Made by a program: the position numbers and the translations under genes. From IMG/VR virus record IMGVR_UViG_3300042880_000509: a stretch of 64,000 nucleotides of DNA, one strand, 5' to 3'. The notes beneath the pieces were generated by a model that saw only the letters and a program-made list of their open reading frames with translations, ran no database searches and was not told the origin of the DNA. Shown in pieces: positions 35,007 to 44,310 of the stretch; position 1 is the first letter of the stretch; each line of letters opens with the position of its first letter. The DNA is from a virus. Its lineage: Duplodnaviria > Heunggongvirae > Uroviricota > Caudoviricetes.

Positions 35007-35405
35007 TTAATCATTTATAAAAACACAATTCTTAAACTCATAAACTTGTCCGGATCTTGAAGATATTACATCCAATTCAATACTATATCCGATAATGTTT
35101 AATTTTTCCGCCTTAAAGTTTTTACCTATTCCTATTGCTTTTAAATCAAATGGTGGATCAAATACAATCCCCTGTCTATATGATATCCTTTTAACAGTAT
35201 CGGTCCAAGTTGATAATCCGTATTTTCCTTTATACCTAAACTTTCTACCAACAAATCTTGGAATATCAAAACTTTCATCTTCAACATCTTTTGATAGTGG
35301 ATTTTTCTCACCTGTTAATTCTTCGTAATACGGATTAAGTTCTCCTGTGTATGGGTCGTGTGTTGGTATATTATTCATTATAAAGTCTATATAAACTTTC
35401 AGCAA
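35007..35405 (-). CDS. Hypothetical protein (132 aa)
   Basis: ORF. Confidence 0.5.
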   Translation of the reverse strand: MLKVYIDFIMNNIPTHDPYTGELNPYYEELTGEKNPLSKDVEDESFDIPRFVGRKFRYKGKYGLSTWTDTVKRISYRQGIVFDPPFDLKAIGIGKNFKAEKLNIIGYSIELDVISSRSGQVYEFKNCVFIND

Positions 35406-35556
35406 CTAATTTTAATCTTTTCTCAAGTTCGTTAACTTTTTTTCTATCTTCATCAGATATTTCAAAATTCTTTTGTTTAATATCTGAAATTTCATTGATG
35501 ATTTTTGTGTGCATTGTCATCAACTTTCCTTGTAATTCTCTTTTGTCTTGTGCCAT
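35371..35556 (-). CDS. Small coiled-coil protein (61 aa)
   Basis: ORF. Confidence 0.35.
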   Translation of the reverse strand: MAQDKRELQGKLMTMHTKIINEISDIKQKNFEISDEDRKKVNELEKRLKLVAESLYRLYNE

Positions 35557-35559
35557 ATC

Positions 35560-35847
35560 TTATTTTTTTACAATAGCTTTTGTGAGCTGGTTTATCAGTC
35601 CTTGGACTTCTCCGAAATTATTGAACCGGATTTGTGGATCGGTATTAAAAACCTCAACATACCAATTGTCTTCTTTTATTTCTTCATTTGTTGGTGTGAT
35701 AAATGTCAACCCATCAACAATATCAAGGGCATAGTAATACGAATCATCTTCATCGTGTTCTTTAATTTCTTCACTTTTAAAACCTAAAAGTATTAATTCT
35801 CTTTCTGTCATATTATTTTGTTTCAACAATGTTATAAGTTCCTTCAA
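35560..35847 (-). CDS. Hypothetical protein (95 aa)
   Basis: ORF. Confidence 0.45.
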   Translation of the reverse strand: MKELITLLKQNNMTERELILLGFKSEEIKEHDEDDSYYYALDIVDGLTFITPTNEEIKEDNWYVEVFNTDPQIRFNNFGEVQGLINQLTKAIVKK

Positions 35848-36076
35848 TTACCCCATAAGATGATTCTTCCTGAAACTGGTATGTTTCAGCAACATCACTA
35901 GAATCCATAGGTCTTGTTAAGTACCAGACTTGAGTTTCTTTCCAAGTCACTGTAACTAACTTTCTTCCTTTAGGTAGGTTGATTGTTCCTTTTCCACCCC
36001 AAGTTTTTACTCTTTCGTTCTCCGTACAAGATGTTATCATAACACCCATTAAAACCGTTAAAAATACTTTTTTCAT
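35813..36076 (-). CDS. Small lipoprotein (lipobox ITSC)
   Basis: MKKVFLTVLMGVMITSCTE is a signal peptide with a lipobox Cys. Confidence 0.55.
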   Translation of the reverse strand: MKKVFLTVLMGVMITSCTENERVKTWGGKGTINLPKGRKLVTVTWKETQVWYLTRPMDSSDVAETYQFQEESSYGVIEGTYNIVETK

Positions 36077-36327
36077 TTTATTAATTTTACTTTTATTATT
36101 TCACCTTTTCTATTTGTCTTATATTTCATTCTAAACGTGTCAACTAATATTGCGTTTTGTTCTTTCAGATACAAACAATTCCATTCACAACTATCATGAT
36201 GGTATAAATGTACATGTATTTCTTTTAATTTACCACACCTCAAATAGGTTATATCTTTGTAATTCCAATTTGAACAACTGGATAATACCAACAATACAAG
36301 TATAAGGATTTTATTTATCATAATCAA
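36073..36327 (-). CDS. Small lipoprotein (lipobox LSSC)
   Basis: MIMINKILILVLLVLSSCSNW. Confidence 0.55.
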   Translation of the reverse strand: MIMINKILILVLLVLSSCSNWNYKDITYLRCGKLKEIHVHLYHHDSCEWNCLYLKEQNAILVDTFRMKYKTNRKGEIIKVKLIK

Positions 36328-36539
36328 TTAGTTTGTTTAATTACGTATGGAGGACTAATTCTTACTTCACTACTATCGCTATTAAAGTAGTATACCGTAT
36401 CACCATCAAAACTAATTGTGTCTGTGTACCAGATTGCTGGATGTGGTCCTTCTTTAGTTTCAACAGTTCCTTCTATCTTATATTTGTATTCAGTCTGAGT
36501 ACAAGAAGTTAAAAATAATAATGCTAATAATTTTTTCAT
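36324..36539 (-). CDS. Small lipoprotein (lipobox LTSC)
   Basis: MKKLLALLFLTSCTQ. Confidence 0.55.
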   Translation of the reverse strand: MKKLLALLFLTSCTQTEYKYKIEGTVETKEGPHPAIWYTDTISFDGDTVYYFNSDSSEVRISPPYVIKQTN

Positions 36540-36802
36540 ATATCTCTTGATGTTAATTCGTTTAATATTTCTTCAACTTTTAGTTCACATTCTTTTATTT
36601 TTTTTGTGTGTAAAATGTATATCCCAATAATTAAAACCCAAAAAATAACAAAAAATAAAACAGTTGTAAGGTTAAAAATTAAAAGAATAGACTGTATAAT
36701 ACCCAAAATTGAAATTACAATCTGTGACCAGCAATGTGTATCCATTTTACGAACTTCAATGTATGCCATATCAATTAATTCACTATCCGTTAGATTCTTC
36801 AT
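36536..36802 (-). CDS. Small membrane protein (88 aa)
   Basis: Two TM helices (IVISILGIIQSILLIF, VLFFVIFWVLIIGIYIL). Confidence 0.5.
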   Translation of the reverse strand: MKNLTDSELIDMAYIEVRKMDTHCWSQIVISILGIIQSILLIFNLTTVLFFVIFWVLIIGIYILHTKKIKECELKVEEILNELTSRDI

Positions 36803-37037
36803 TTTTATTTTCTTTTGTGATTTTTTTGTGTTTAGTATAAAATTTCATCAATATCCCAATTAACTCTGGAATATTATCAAAGGCCCATCTTTCTGTTTCT
36901 ATAACATAGAAATCACCACCACCACCATCTTGAGTTTTAATTGTAAGATATTGTTCTTCACTACTACAACAATCTGCTTCTTGTGTGAAAGTCATCTGTA
37001 GTTCTTGATTTAAAAGATATGTTTTCTTATCTGTCAT
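36783..37037 (-). CDS. Hypothetical protein (84 aa)
   Basis: ORF. Confidence 0.4.
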   Translation of the reverse strand: MTDKKTYLLNQELQMTFTQEADCCSSEEQYLTIKTQDGGGGDFYVIETERWAFDNIPELIGILMKFYTKHKKITKENKNEESNG

Positions 37038-37139
37038 GGTTTATTCTTTAGACAAATATAATTCTTTTTTTTTGATTACACAAGTTTTATAATAATTTCC
37101 TAAGTAAAACAATTTAAATGTTTTTGTAAGTCCGAGTGT

Positions 37140-37346
37140 TTAATCCCGTGTAGATCCAACGAGTTCGTCTTTGAATAGTTCTTTTGTAAAAATGTTGTTC
37201 TTTGGGTCGTGTTCACCAAGATTGTATCCGGTAAAGGTACCATCATCAAAAGCAAACTTAACCATTAAAAAACCAAGTTCTGACACATAGATCTTATCTA
37301 GCTTACCAACTCCTTTTGGTGTTTCAATTAAAACTTCTTTTATCAT
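37140..37346 (-). CDS. Hypothetical protein (68 aa)
   Basis: ORF. Confidence 0.4.
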   Translation of the reverse strand: MIKEVLIETPKGVGKLDKIYVSELGFLMVKFAFDDGTFTGYNLGEHDPKNNIFTKELFKDELVGSTRD

Positions 37347-37648
37347 ATCACGTAAGTTATAACACCATTTTCTTCAACTACTTCTAAAACCCCATCATTT
37401 TCTGAAAGTTTTTCTAATTGATCTGGAGTTAAATTCACACTATCTGGTCCTTGAAACACTTTAAATGGTTGTGTTAATTTTAATCTTGAATCTGTAATCA
37501 AATTCAAAGTCATTTCATTTTCGCATTCAACCAAAGTTGGGTATTGTCCTCCAACTGTAACAATTACCTTATCACCAACATTAATTTCATCAAGAGATGC
37601 TAGGTATGGTTTTTCATCAACGATGAATAATTTTACTTTCTTTGTCAT
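37343..37648 (-). CDS. Hypothetical protein (101 aa)
   Basis: ORF. Confidence 0.45.
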   Translation of the reverse strand: MTKKVKLFIVDEKPYLASLDEINVGDKVIVTVGGQYPTLVECENEMTLNLITDSRLKLTQPFKVFQGPDSVNLTPDQLEKLSENDGVLEVVEENGVITYVI

Positions 37649-38031
37649 TTTTCAATATTAAAATTTAATAGAGTTTCAACTTCTTGATTTTTTGTTTCAA
37701 CAATTGGTCCCCACTCTCCTTTATACGTTATACCTCTTACAGGTTTATTATCAATCCAAACATATTCTTCATCTTCAGAACATCTTGGTTTATCAGTTAT
37801 CAAATCATTAAACTTAAATCCGTGTCTCCATAACCAGGCGAGTGTAGTTCCTTTATCTTTATATTCTCTGGCGGTAAAGAAAACTATTTTATTTCCTTCA
37901 TCATAAAGTTTATTTATTTCTTCTTTGGATCCTTCGTATGGTTTTGCGATTGGGTATAGATAGCTATCCTCATTTTTAATGTCGTCACATACAGTTCCAT
38001 CAATGTCAATTAAATAAACTCTTTTTTTCAT
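37645..38031 (-). CDS. HAD-superfamily phosphatase (small, 128 aa)
   Basis: Motif I LIDIDGTV (DxDGT). Motif II VFFTAR. Confidence 0.55.
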   Translation of the reverse strand: MKKRVYLIDIDGTVCDDIKNEDSYLYPIAKPYEGSKEEINKLYDEGNKIVFFTAREYKDKGTTLAWLWRHGFKFNDLITDKPRCSEDEEYVWIDNKPVRGITYKGEWGPIVETKNQEVETLLNFNIEK

Positions 38032-38342
38032 AACCTCAAATCGTTTTTAGCGTTCATAGTTATAATATAATCCATTAAATTTTTAACTAAAGAATCGGCA
38101 TCAACTTTTTCGTATAATTCTGGGTATCTGTCTTGAAGTAGTTTATTCTCTTCATACTCTCTACAACTTGAGAGGATGTCTGAAAGCATTGATCTTAACA
38201 TATGTTCTTTATCATATGTATCTTCAACTTTTCTTTCCAATACTTGACCTTCAAGTTCTTGAGTATATTCAATAAGTTCTTGGACTTCAGGTTTTTCAAG
38301 AAGATCAGGTCGTCTACGAAATAGTTGTTTTATGTTTTTCAT
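38028..38342 (-). CDS. Hypothetical protein (104 aa)
   Basis: ORF. Confidence 0.45.
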   Translation of the reverse strand: MKNIKQLFRRRPDLLEKPEVQELIEYTQELEGQVLERKVEDTYDKEHMLRSMLSDILSSCREYEENKLLQDRYPELYEKVDADSLVKNLMDYIITMNAKNDLRL

Positions 38343-38884
38343 TCCAAAAACTTTAATATTTTTTCTTTAATACCTGATTGTTTTATTCCTTCGTTGTGTG
38401 GTCGTTTACAATGAATAAAGTTCTCAAGTCCCCAACCATCTCGTTTTGACATATCAAGATCATCAACAGCAACCCAATTTGTTACTTCCGGATGTTCTTT
38501 TAACCAATGTAAAATTTCAATATGTCGTTCGTATTCTATTTTATTAAAATATGGTAAAAGAAAATCATCCGGCAATTTACCTTCACGAAATAGAACACTA
38601 CAAAATGCTGTTATATCAATTGGTGGTTTAATTCCACGAGTAACAAACATTTCTTTTATTTGTTCTAATGTTCCGTGTTTTTTCCAATCAGATGAAATAA
38701 CTAATTCACAACCGGTTTTTTCTACGATTTCATTTAATACTTTAACAGCTTTTTGATTGAAGCTGTCCATTCGGATATCCATGGGAGTTTCCGGATTTGA
38801 GTCAAATCCTTTTTTCTTGTATCGTCCGCCCCATTCAGAAGAAAGACAAATTACACCATCGTGATCTAAGAACATTACTTTCAT
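38339..38884 (-). CDS. Putative HAD-like phosphatase (181 aa)
   Basis: N-terminal MFLDHDGVI fits DxDG[TV]. The rest is unassigned. Confidence 0.4.
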   Translation of the reverse strand: MKVMFLDHDGVICLSSEWGGRYKKKGFDSNPETPMDIRMDSFNQKAVKVLNEIVEKTGCELVISSDWKKHGTLEQIKEMFVTRGIKPPIDITAFCSVLFREGKLPDDFLLPYFNKIEYERHIEILHWLKEHPEVTNWVAVDDLDMSKRDGWGLENFIHCKRPHNEGIKQSGIKEKILKFLE

Positions 38885-38921
38885 AGATACAAAGATAATA
38901 AATTAAAATTGAATTTACAAA

Positions 38922-39650
38922 TTAATAAATGTTAAACTTAATTGGTATGTTTAACCTTGATCTAACATTCACTTTATTAATTCTACCTGGAATCCATTTA
39001 GGCGAACTTTTAATTACCCTTCTTGCTTCTCTGTCTACTTCAAAGCTAACCCCTTTTGTTACTTTTACATCACCAATACTTCCATCAGTTTCAACTATAA
39101 ACATAACATATACAGTTCCTTGATCCCCATTCTCAATTGCAATCTCAGGATATTTCATTTCCTTTAAAAGATATTTTTTCCATTCCTCATATCCTCCAGG
39201 AAATTCAGCTTCAATATCAGGAAAATCCTCAACCTTATCTGGAGCCACAACAGGGACAGGATCTACATTAACAAGTACAGTTGTATCTCCTTTTGGTAAA
39301 CCTAAATCAACAAAAGGATTGTTATCGGTGGGTCCGGTGTTTGATGTAGTGTCAACATCACTATTTAAATCCAAAGTTTCATCTTTTTGTGATTCTGATT
39401 GTGGTTGTGGTTGTTCTTTTGGTGGTTCAACAACTGGTGGTTTTTCGGTTGCGTCAACCAATAAATTGGTGTTTTCGGGTGATAATCTTTTGAATTTTTC
39501 TTCAATTGGTTCTGTTTTTCCGTATGAGACTGCAGCTAAAACAATCCCGCTAATAAAACAAAGACCAGCCATAAAATTACCTAATTTTTTTTCTTCTAAA
39601 TTGTGATTACTTTTCTTTTCCATAACTATTATTTTCGTTATGGAATACAA
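38922..39650 (-). CDS. TonB-like protein: N-terminal TM anchor, Pro-rich spacer, TonB C-terminal domain
   Basis: TM helix LGNFMAGLCFISGIVLAAV. Spacer KPPVVEPPKEQPQPQSESQ. C-terminus EFPGGYEEWKKYLLKEMKYPEIAIENGDQGTVYVMFIVETDGSIGDVKVTKGVSFEVDREARRVIKSSPKWIPG matches the TonB_C signature. Confidence 0.6.
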   Translation of the reverse strand: MYSITKIIVMEKKSNHNLEEKKLGNFMAGLCFISGIVLAAVSYGKTEPIEEKFKRLSPENTNLLVDATEKPPVVEPPKEQPQPQSESQKDETLDLNSDVDTTSNTGPTDNNPFVDLGLPKGDTTVLVNVDPVPVVAPDKVEDFPDIEAEFPGGYEEWKKYLLKEMKYPEIAIENGDQGTVYVMFIVETDGSIGDVKVTKGVSFEVDREARRVIKSSPKWIPGRINKVNVRSRLNIPIKFNIY

Positions 39651-39668
39651 TTAGAGTGCCAAGAATCT

Positions 39669-39971
39669 TTATTCTTGTGGTTTAACACCAACTAAATCAA
39701 TACAATCTACTCCGAATTTACATTTGATCCAATCTTTAACAAAATCATATGTTTCGGAGTAATCAGTTTTAAATATTTTAAGTATTGGATCAATAACAAC
39801 ATCAGAATTACAAAAAATCATATCGTGTTTTTCTTCATAAAGAAATATATTTTTTTTGGAGTTTTTTAACTTCAAGGTTTTGTATTTACCATCCTTAAAT
39901 TCAGACAATGTCAGATCACCAAACCTACGGTTAAGGAATTTTTCTACAAGTATTTTTTCTTTATCGGTCAT
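39669..39971 (-). CDS. Hypothetical protein (100 aa)
   Basis: ORF. Confidence 0.45.
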   Translation of the reverse strand: MTDKEKILVEKFLNRRFGDLTLSEFKDGKYKTLKLKNSKKNIFLYEEKHDMIFCNSDVVIDPILKIFKTDYSETYDFVKDWIKCKFGVDCIDLVGVKPQE

Positions 39972-39983
39972 TTAGTTTAACTA

Positions 39984-40018
39984 AATAAACCCCCACTTTT
40001 TACGTTGGGGGTTTTTAT
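39984..40018. terminator. Bidirectional intrinsic terminator (AAACCCCCAC-TTTTTACG-TTGGGGGTTT with T/A runs on both sides)
   Basis: 9-10 bp G/C-rich stem, which is rare in this AT-rich sequence. TTTTTAT follows on the plus strand and TTTATTT on the minus. Confidence 0.7.
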
Positions 40019-40186
40019 GAGTTGAGTCGATTATGTCTATCTGTTTTAAATGAATTTTAAGATTTGACACGAAGACCTTTGAATTGTTGACTTTTGAGTT
40101 TTGACTGGTTAATCAAATCATATTATCAAGAAGTTCTGAACAATTGTAGTTTTTTAATAAACAAAAATCTATCAACTCAATATTTA
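40019..40186 (-). promoter_or_regulatory. Non-coding gap with three spaced GTCAA/TTGAC direct repeats; candidate regulatory region
   Basis: TTGAC occurs at 40064, 40087 and 40101. No ORF is present. The largest gene-free stretch adjacent to a strong terminator. Confidence 0.25.
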
Positions 40187-40627
40187 TTACCCAATCTGGG
40201 TTGCGATATTATGTTCGTCTAACTCGTCTTGGAGTTGTTCAATTCTTGACTCCAAGAACTTAATCTCATTATCTCTTTCTACCACTGAAATCTCAGAGTT
40301 TTTAGTAACTGTTGATTCAGATCTACGGCTGTAAAAATCAGTGTCAACACCTTCAGCACAGTCCATCATTTTAAGATGTTTAATTAATGATTTTAATTCT
40401 GCCATTAAGAAAATCTTATCATACACCGGAGCGTTTGCTCTATGTATTTGTGTTTTTAACACGTTTATTTCTTCTATTTTTTTATAAACCTGACCCAAGG
40501 TTTCTTTTGAGGAATATGGTCTTTGGTTACCTTCAATAACTGTGTTATTGATTACCATTCTTTGAACTAATTGGTTTAGTTCCTGAACCAACTTATTCTT
40601 TTGTTTTAGTGCGTTTTTTATATTCAT
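40187..40627 (-). CDS. Coiled-coil hypothetical protein (146 aa)
   Basis: ORF. Confidence 0.5.
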   Translation of the reverse strand: MNIKNALKQKNKLVQELNQLVQRMVINNTVIEGNQRPYSSKETLGQVYKKIEEINVLKTQIHRANAPVYDKIFLMAELKSLIKHLKMMDCAEGVDTDFYSRRSESTVTKNSEISVVERDNEIKFLESRIEQLQDELDEHNIATQIG

Positions 40628-40651
40628 AATTCAATTATAGATTTTTTATTT

Positions 40652-40993
40652 TTAATAGTCAACATCTTTTGTTAAACAAATTTCGGTTTTTGCTAAATCA
40701 TTATAAACCCAAATATCCCAACCTAATCCACCGGTTGATTTGAAGGTGTAATCAAAGTTGCCATACTTACCATAAACACCTCTAATATGTCCCATCCAAT
40801 TATTTAATATTTCAACCTCATTTGGATGAATAGTAAATGTCATTGGTACAAATTTGTTATCAACTTCTTTTTTTTCTTGGTATTTTTTTGTGGTTTCCTC
40901 ACTTGTAAAATATGAAAGGTCTACAATTCTTTCCTCCATCTTTGAAAGTCTCTCATTTTCTTTTTCAATAATTTTTTCTTCAAACTTACTCAT
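40652..40993 (-). CDS. Hypothetical protein (113 aa)
   Basis: ORF. Confidence 0.5.
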   Translation of the reverse strand: MSKFEEKIIEKENERLSKMEERIVDLSYFTSEETTKKYQEKKEVDNKFVPMTFTIHPNEVEILNNWMGHIRGVYGKYGNFDYTFKSTGGLGWDIWVYNDLAKTEICLTKDVDY

Positions 40994-41002
40994 ATAAAAA
41001 TT

Positions 41003-41590
41003 TTAATCATTATTTTTTATAACTTCAATAACTTTTAAGGACCAGGGATCAAAAAAGTTATCAGTTTTACAAATTTCAATTGTATTTGTTAGTGCGTTAA
41101 AGTAAATGTCACCGTTTTTAATTGGTTCCATAAGTTTTTTTAGATATCTTTTTCCTTCATATTCAACATAAAGTTTTTCATTTCTATGTTCATCACAAAG
41201 GGTATAAACCCACCCATTAATTTTGTGTTGTTCTCCAGGTTCACCACACACTTCACAAACTTGGAATGTTTCTCTTTCGGCTTCAGCAACAAAATAAAAT
41301 CCATTTTCTGGTAGGTTATCCAAAAATATACTCATACCACCAAATTTTTCTTTTACATTAATAAAACTTTTATCCCAACCAAGTTTTATTAAAACTTCAA
41401 ATAATCTTTGTACTATACCCAACCAACCATTACCAATTCCAAATTGATTTCGTTTAAGGATTGGTCCTTTATCTACCCTATATGTTCTTTGAAGTCCCTC
41501 AATTTTTTCAAGGAAGTTTTCAAACTCTGCGTCTGTTCTATGATTATTGTTCATTCGTATTCCCATCTTTTCTTTGGTGTCTAACAACAC
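41003..41590 (-). CDS. Hypothetical protein with CxxC...C..H motif (195 aa)
   Basis: CEVCGEPGEQHKINGWVYTLCDEH. Confidence 0.5.
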   Translation of the reverse strand: MLLDTKEKMGIRMNNNHRTDAEFENFLEKIEGLQRTYRVDKGPILKRNQFGIGNGWLGIVQRLFEVLIKLGWDKSFINVKEKFGGMSIFLDNLPENGFYFVAEAERETFQVCEVCGEPGEQHKINGWVYTLCDEHRNEKLYVEYEGKRYLKKLMEPIKNGDIYFNALTNTIEICKTDNFFDPWSLKVIEVIKNND

Positions 41591-41975
41591 TTAAAGCATT
41601 TGATAGTGTCCAGTAAGCATCCCAAAATCCACCACGGTCATCAAGGAAGATATTTGCATACAACTTTCCGTTAACACCATAAGGTTTATTCCATTCTGGG
41701 TGCATTTCATTTACTCCGTGTACTTCAATACCTAAAGCTTCAACCTGTTCTTTTCCTTTCTGTAATTGATCCTTACTTCTTGCAGTATTTATCAAAAAGT
41801 ATATACCTTCTTCTTGACACTCCAAAATTAAATCAACCATTTTTTTACAGTTTTCTTTAAGTTCTTCATTGTAAGGAATGATTGTATCATCAAGATCACA
41901 AGCTATAATAATCTTACCATTTCTCAACCATTCCTTGACTAATCTGTTTGTATAAAAATTTGCGTGATGTCTCAT
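41544..41975 (-). CDS. HAD-like phosphatase (143 aa)
   Basis: IIACDLDDTII (DxDxT motif I). FLINTARS (motif II). Confidence 0.5.
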   Translation of the reverse strand: MRHHANFYTNRLVKEWLRNGKIIIACDLDDTIIPYNEELKENCKKMVDLILECQEEGIYFLINTARSKDQLQKGKEQVEALGIEVHGVNEMHPEWNKPYGVNGKLYANIFLDDRGGFWDAYWTLSNALSVVRHQRKDGNTNEQ

Positions 41976-41991
41976 TTTACAAATATATTAA

Positions 41992-43029
41992 TTAATTTCC
42001 AAACCCTACTTTACCACCACCTTTAATTGTTGGTGTTTTTTTCAACCCTTCAAGATTATCAATTGTTTCTTCAAAAGTTCTACCCATAACAATAACAGAA
42101 ATTACAACTTCTTTTAAGTGCGACAAAGACATTCCTTCAGTTTTTTTAATCCACTCTTCAATATCAATACCTTTCAAATCATCCTCACTTAATTTGTGTT
42201 CAATATATGCTCTTCTAATATCTTCATTTGGGAGTTCCACTTTATATCTTCTATCAAAACGAGATGGTCTATTTGTAATTCTTTCCTGTAGTTTCTCCGG
42301 GTAGTTTGTTGTTGCAATATAAACAACACCTTCAATTTGTTTTACACCATCAAGAATGTTTAATAATCTGGCGGTCTGACTTCTTCCTTCACCAGCGAGT
42401 GAATCAATATCTTCTAATAAAACAATTAATGGTCTGTTAGGTTCAATTTTTCTAAATGTTGCAATAAATGATGTAAACCTTTCAACATCTTCTTCATCTT
42501 TAACATTGATCACAATACCATCTTTTTCAATTATTTGTTGCGATATTAGTTGAATGATACCTGACTTACCACAACCTGGTTCACCATACATCAATATACC
42601 TCTTTTGTGGATATAGTTATACTTCTTATAGTTGTCCGCTCTATTCCAGAAATTATCAATATCTTTTAAAATGTCTGTAATTTCATATGACGGTAAATGG
42701 TATAACTCATCTGTCTTGAATGGTTGTTTCTTAACAGTATATGTTGATAGACTACTATTCCAGCCTATTTCATAAACACCGGCAGGAACCTTTGGTACTG
42801 TTTGGTACGCTGGAGCGTATTCATTATTTTTTAAATTACTCCAACAAGAAGGAATATCTAAATCTTTTTTTTCTTCTTCAACCGGTTTACTGATAATAGG
42901 TTCGTCCATTCTTTCATCATCAGTATATTCTACCGTTTCTTCAATATATTCTTCACTCATATTATTTTTTATTAAAATTTTTCTTAATTCTTTTTTCCAG
43001 TTTATTTCCATTGTTCTAACGTATTCCAA
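41992..43029 (-). CDS. AAA+ ATPase (classic AAA family)
   Basis: Walker A ILMYGEPGCGKSG. Walker B LIVLLEDIDSL. Sensor/second region of homology ILDGV...ATTNYPEKL...RPSRFDRR. Confidence 0.8.
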   Translation of the reverse strand: MEYVRTMEINWKKELRKILIKNNMSEEYIEETVEYTDDERMDEPIISKPVEEEKKDLDIPSCWSNLKNNEYAPAYQTVPKVPAGVYEIGWNSSLSTYTVKKQPFKTDELYHLPSYEITDILKDIDNFWNRADNYKKYNYIHKRGILMYGEPGCGKSGIIQLISQQIIEKDGIVINVKDEEDVERFTSFIATFRKIEPNRPLIVLLEDIDSLAGEGRSQTARLLNILDGVKQIEGVVYIATTNYPEKLQERITNRPSRFDRRYKVELPNEDIRRAYIEHKLSEDDLKGIDIEEWIKKTEGMSLSHLKEVVISVIVMGRTFEETIDNLEGLKKTPTIKGGGKVGFGN

Positions 43030-43253
43030 TCTTCTTTTTTCATTGCCACCCTAATACCGTCAATTGTTACAAATACCTCATCTGTAAAAACCATTGGGTC
43101 TTCCATTTTTGTGGGGTCTATTTTAATTTTATTGTAATAGACACTCTCATTTGCAAACCTAACTAATACTTCAACTTTCTCTGACATAACTTTTGTGAAA
43201 TGATATATGTTCTTCAATTTGTTTTTCCAATTCCTCTTTAGCAATTTCAACAC
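43002..43253 (-). CDS. Hypothetical small protein (83 aa; possibly starting at the internal Met)
   Basis: ORF overlapping the end of 43171..44310. Confidence 0.35.
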   Translation of the reverse strand: MLKLLKRNWKNKLKNIYHFTKVMSEKVEVLVRFANESVYYNKIKIDPTKMEDPMVFTDEVFVTIDGIRVAMKKEDWNTLEQWK

Positions 43254-44310
43254 GAATTTTTAAATCTTCATCAAATTTCTTTTTTTCTTCCATTATTTCT
43301 TCCGTTTCAGATTCAACATCTTCTTCGTATGGTTCAAGAACGGGCATTGGTATTAATCTTGCGGTTCTTCTTAAACGACGAAGTGCTGGTGCTGGTGCGT
43401 CTATATATCCTGGTAATTCATCCGATATCTTCATTTCTTCTACACAAAGATTATCTTCCGGTAATGATCCATTGTATTTTCTCATTTCATTTTTTTCATC
43501 TTCAGAAAATAACCTATAATTTGGAATTGTTGTTGGTGATTTTAAATCACATTCCATTAAAATTATCTGGAGGATATTCATTGGAAGACCGGTCTGTATT
43601 GTATCAATTTGTTTATCTTCCTGGTTATATGTTTTAAACACATATTGTTCGTGATCATCCATCATTTCATATGGTTGTGGGAAACTTCTATAAAAAGCAA
43701 ACTTTTTATTTTCTTTTTTATCAATAAGATAAATTAAGATTCCTCTTGAATGGTTGTAGAAATAACCGGGATCATTAATCATTGCTGTACACCATTTTGT
43801 TTGATACCCATATGAACAAGATGACGCATAGGTCAATGGTTTAAAAATCATATAATTATCGTCTTCAAAAATCTTGTGAATTTCTTTTTTTGATTTTTTA
43901 AACAACTCACGATTCTTGGCTTCAAATAATTGTGTTTCCAACATATCCCAGGAATCGTATTTACTGATGTCTTTTTCATCAATCACACCTTTTTCCATTA
44001 ATTCTGTAAACTCAACAAATCTTTCCATACTATTCCAAGTAAATACGAAATCACAAAAAAAGATTCTTGATAACATGTTTTCAAAAGAATTATTTGGTAC
44101 AACTCTTTCTAATGGAGGTTGGTTTGTTTCTTGTATTCTAAATTTTCTATTTTCATCTTGTTCTTTTTGCCACGATTCAATTCTTTTATTAATCATTTTA
44201 ACCAAAAACTGTGAATATTTTTTGGTTTTACTTGTATCAAATCTTTCCAACATATTGGCAAGATTTAAATTTAAAATTTCATTTTCTTTTTTTAATTTCT
44301 TAATTCCCAT
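43171..44310 (-). CDS. Hypothetical protein (379 aa), paralog of 54542..55603; acidic C-terminal tail
   Basis: Shared block FEDDNYMIFKPLTYASSCSYGYQTKWCT vs HEDDTWLVLTPLSFDASRVYGSNTKWCT. N-terminal blocks are also similar. Confidence 0.6.
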   Translation of the reverse strand: MGIKKLKKENEILNLNLANMLERFDTSKTKKYSQFLVKMINKRIESWQKEQDENRKFRIQETNQPPLERVVPNNSFENMLSRIFFCDFVFTWNSMERFVEFTELMEKGVIDEKDISKYDSWDMLETQLFEAKNRELFKKSKKEIHKIFEDDNYMIFKPLTYASSCSYGYQTKWCTAMINDPGYFYNHSRGILIYLIDKKENKKFAFYRSFPQPYEMMDDHEQYVFKTYNQEDKQIDTIQTGLPMNILQIILMECDLKSPTTIPNYRLFSEDEKNEMRKYNGSLPEDNLCVEEMKISDELPGYIDAPAPALRRLRRTARLIPMPVLEPYEEDVESETEEIMEEKKKFDEDLKIRVEIAKEELEKQIEEHISFHKSYVRES

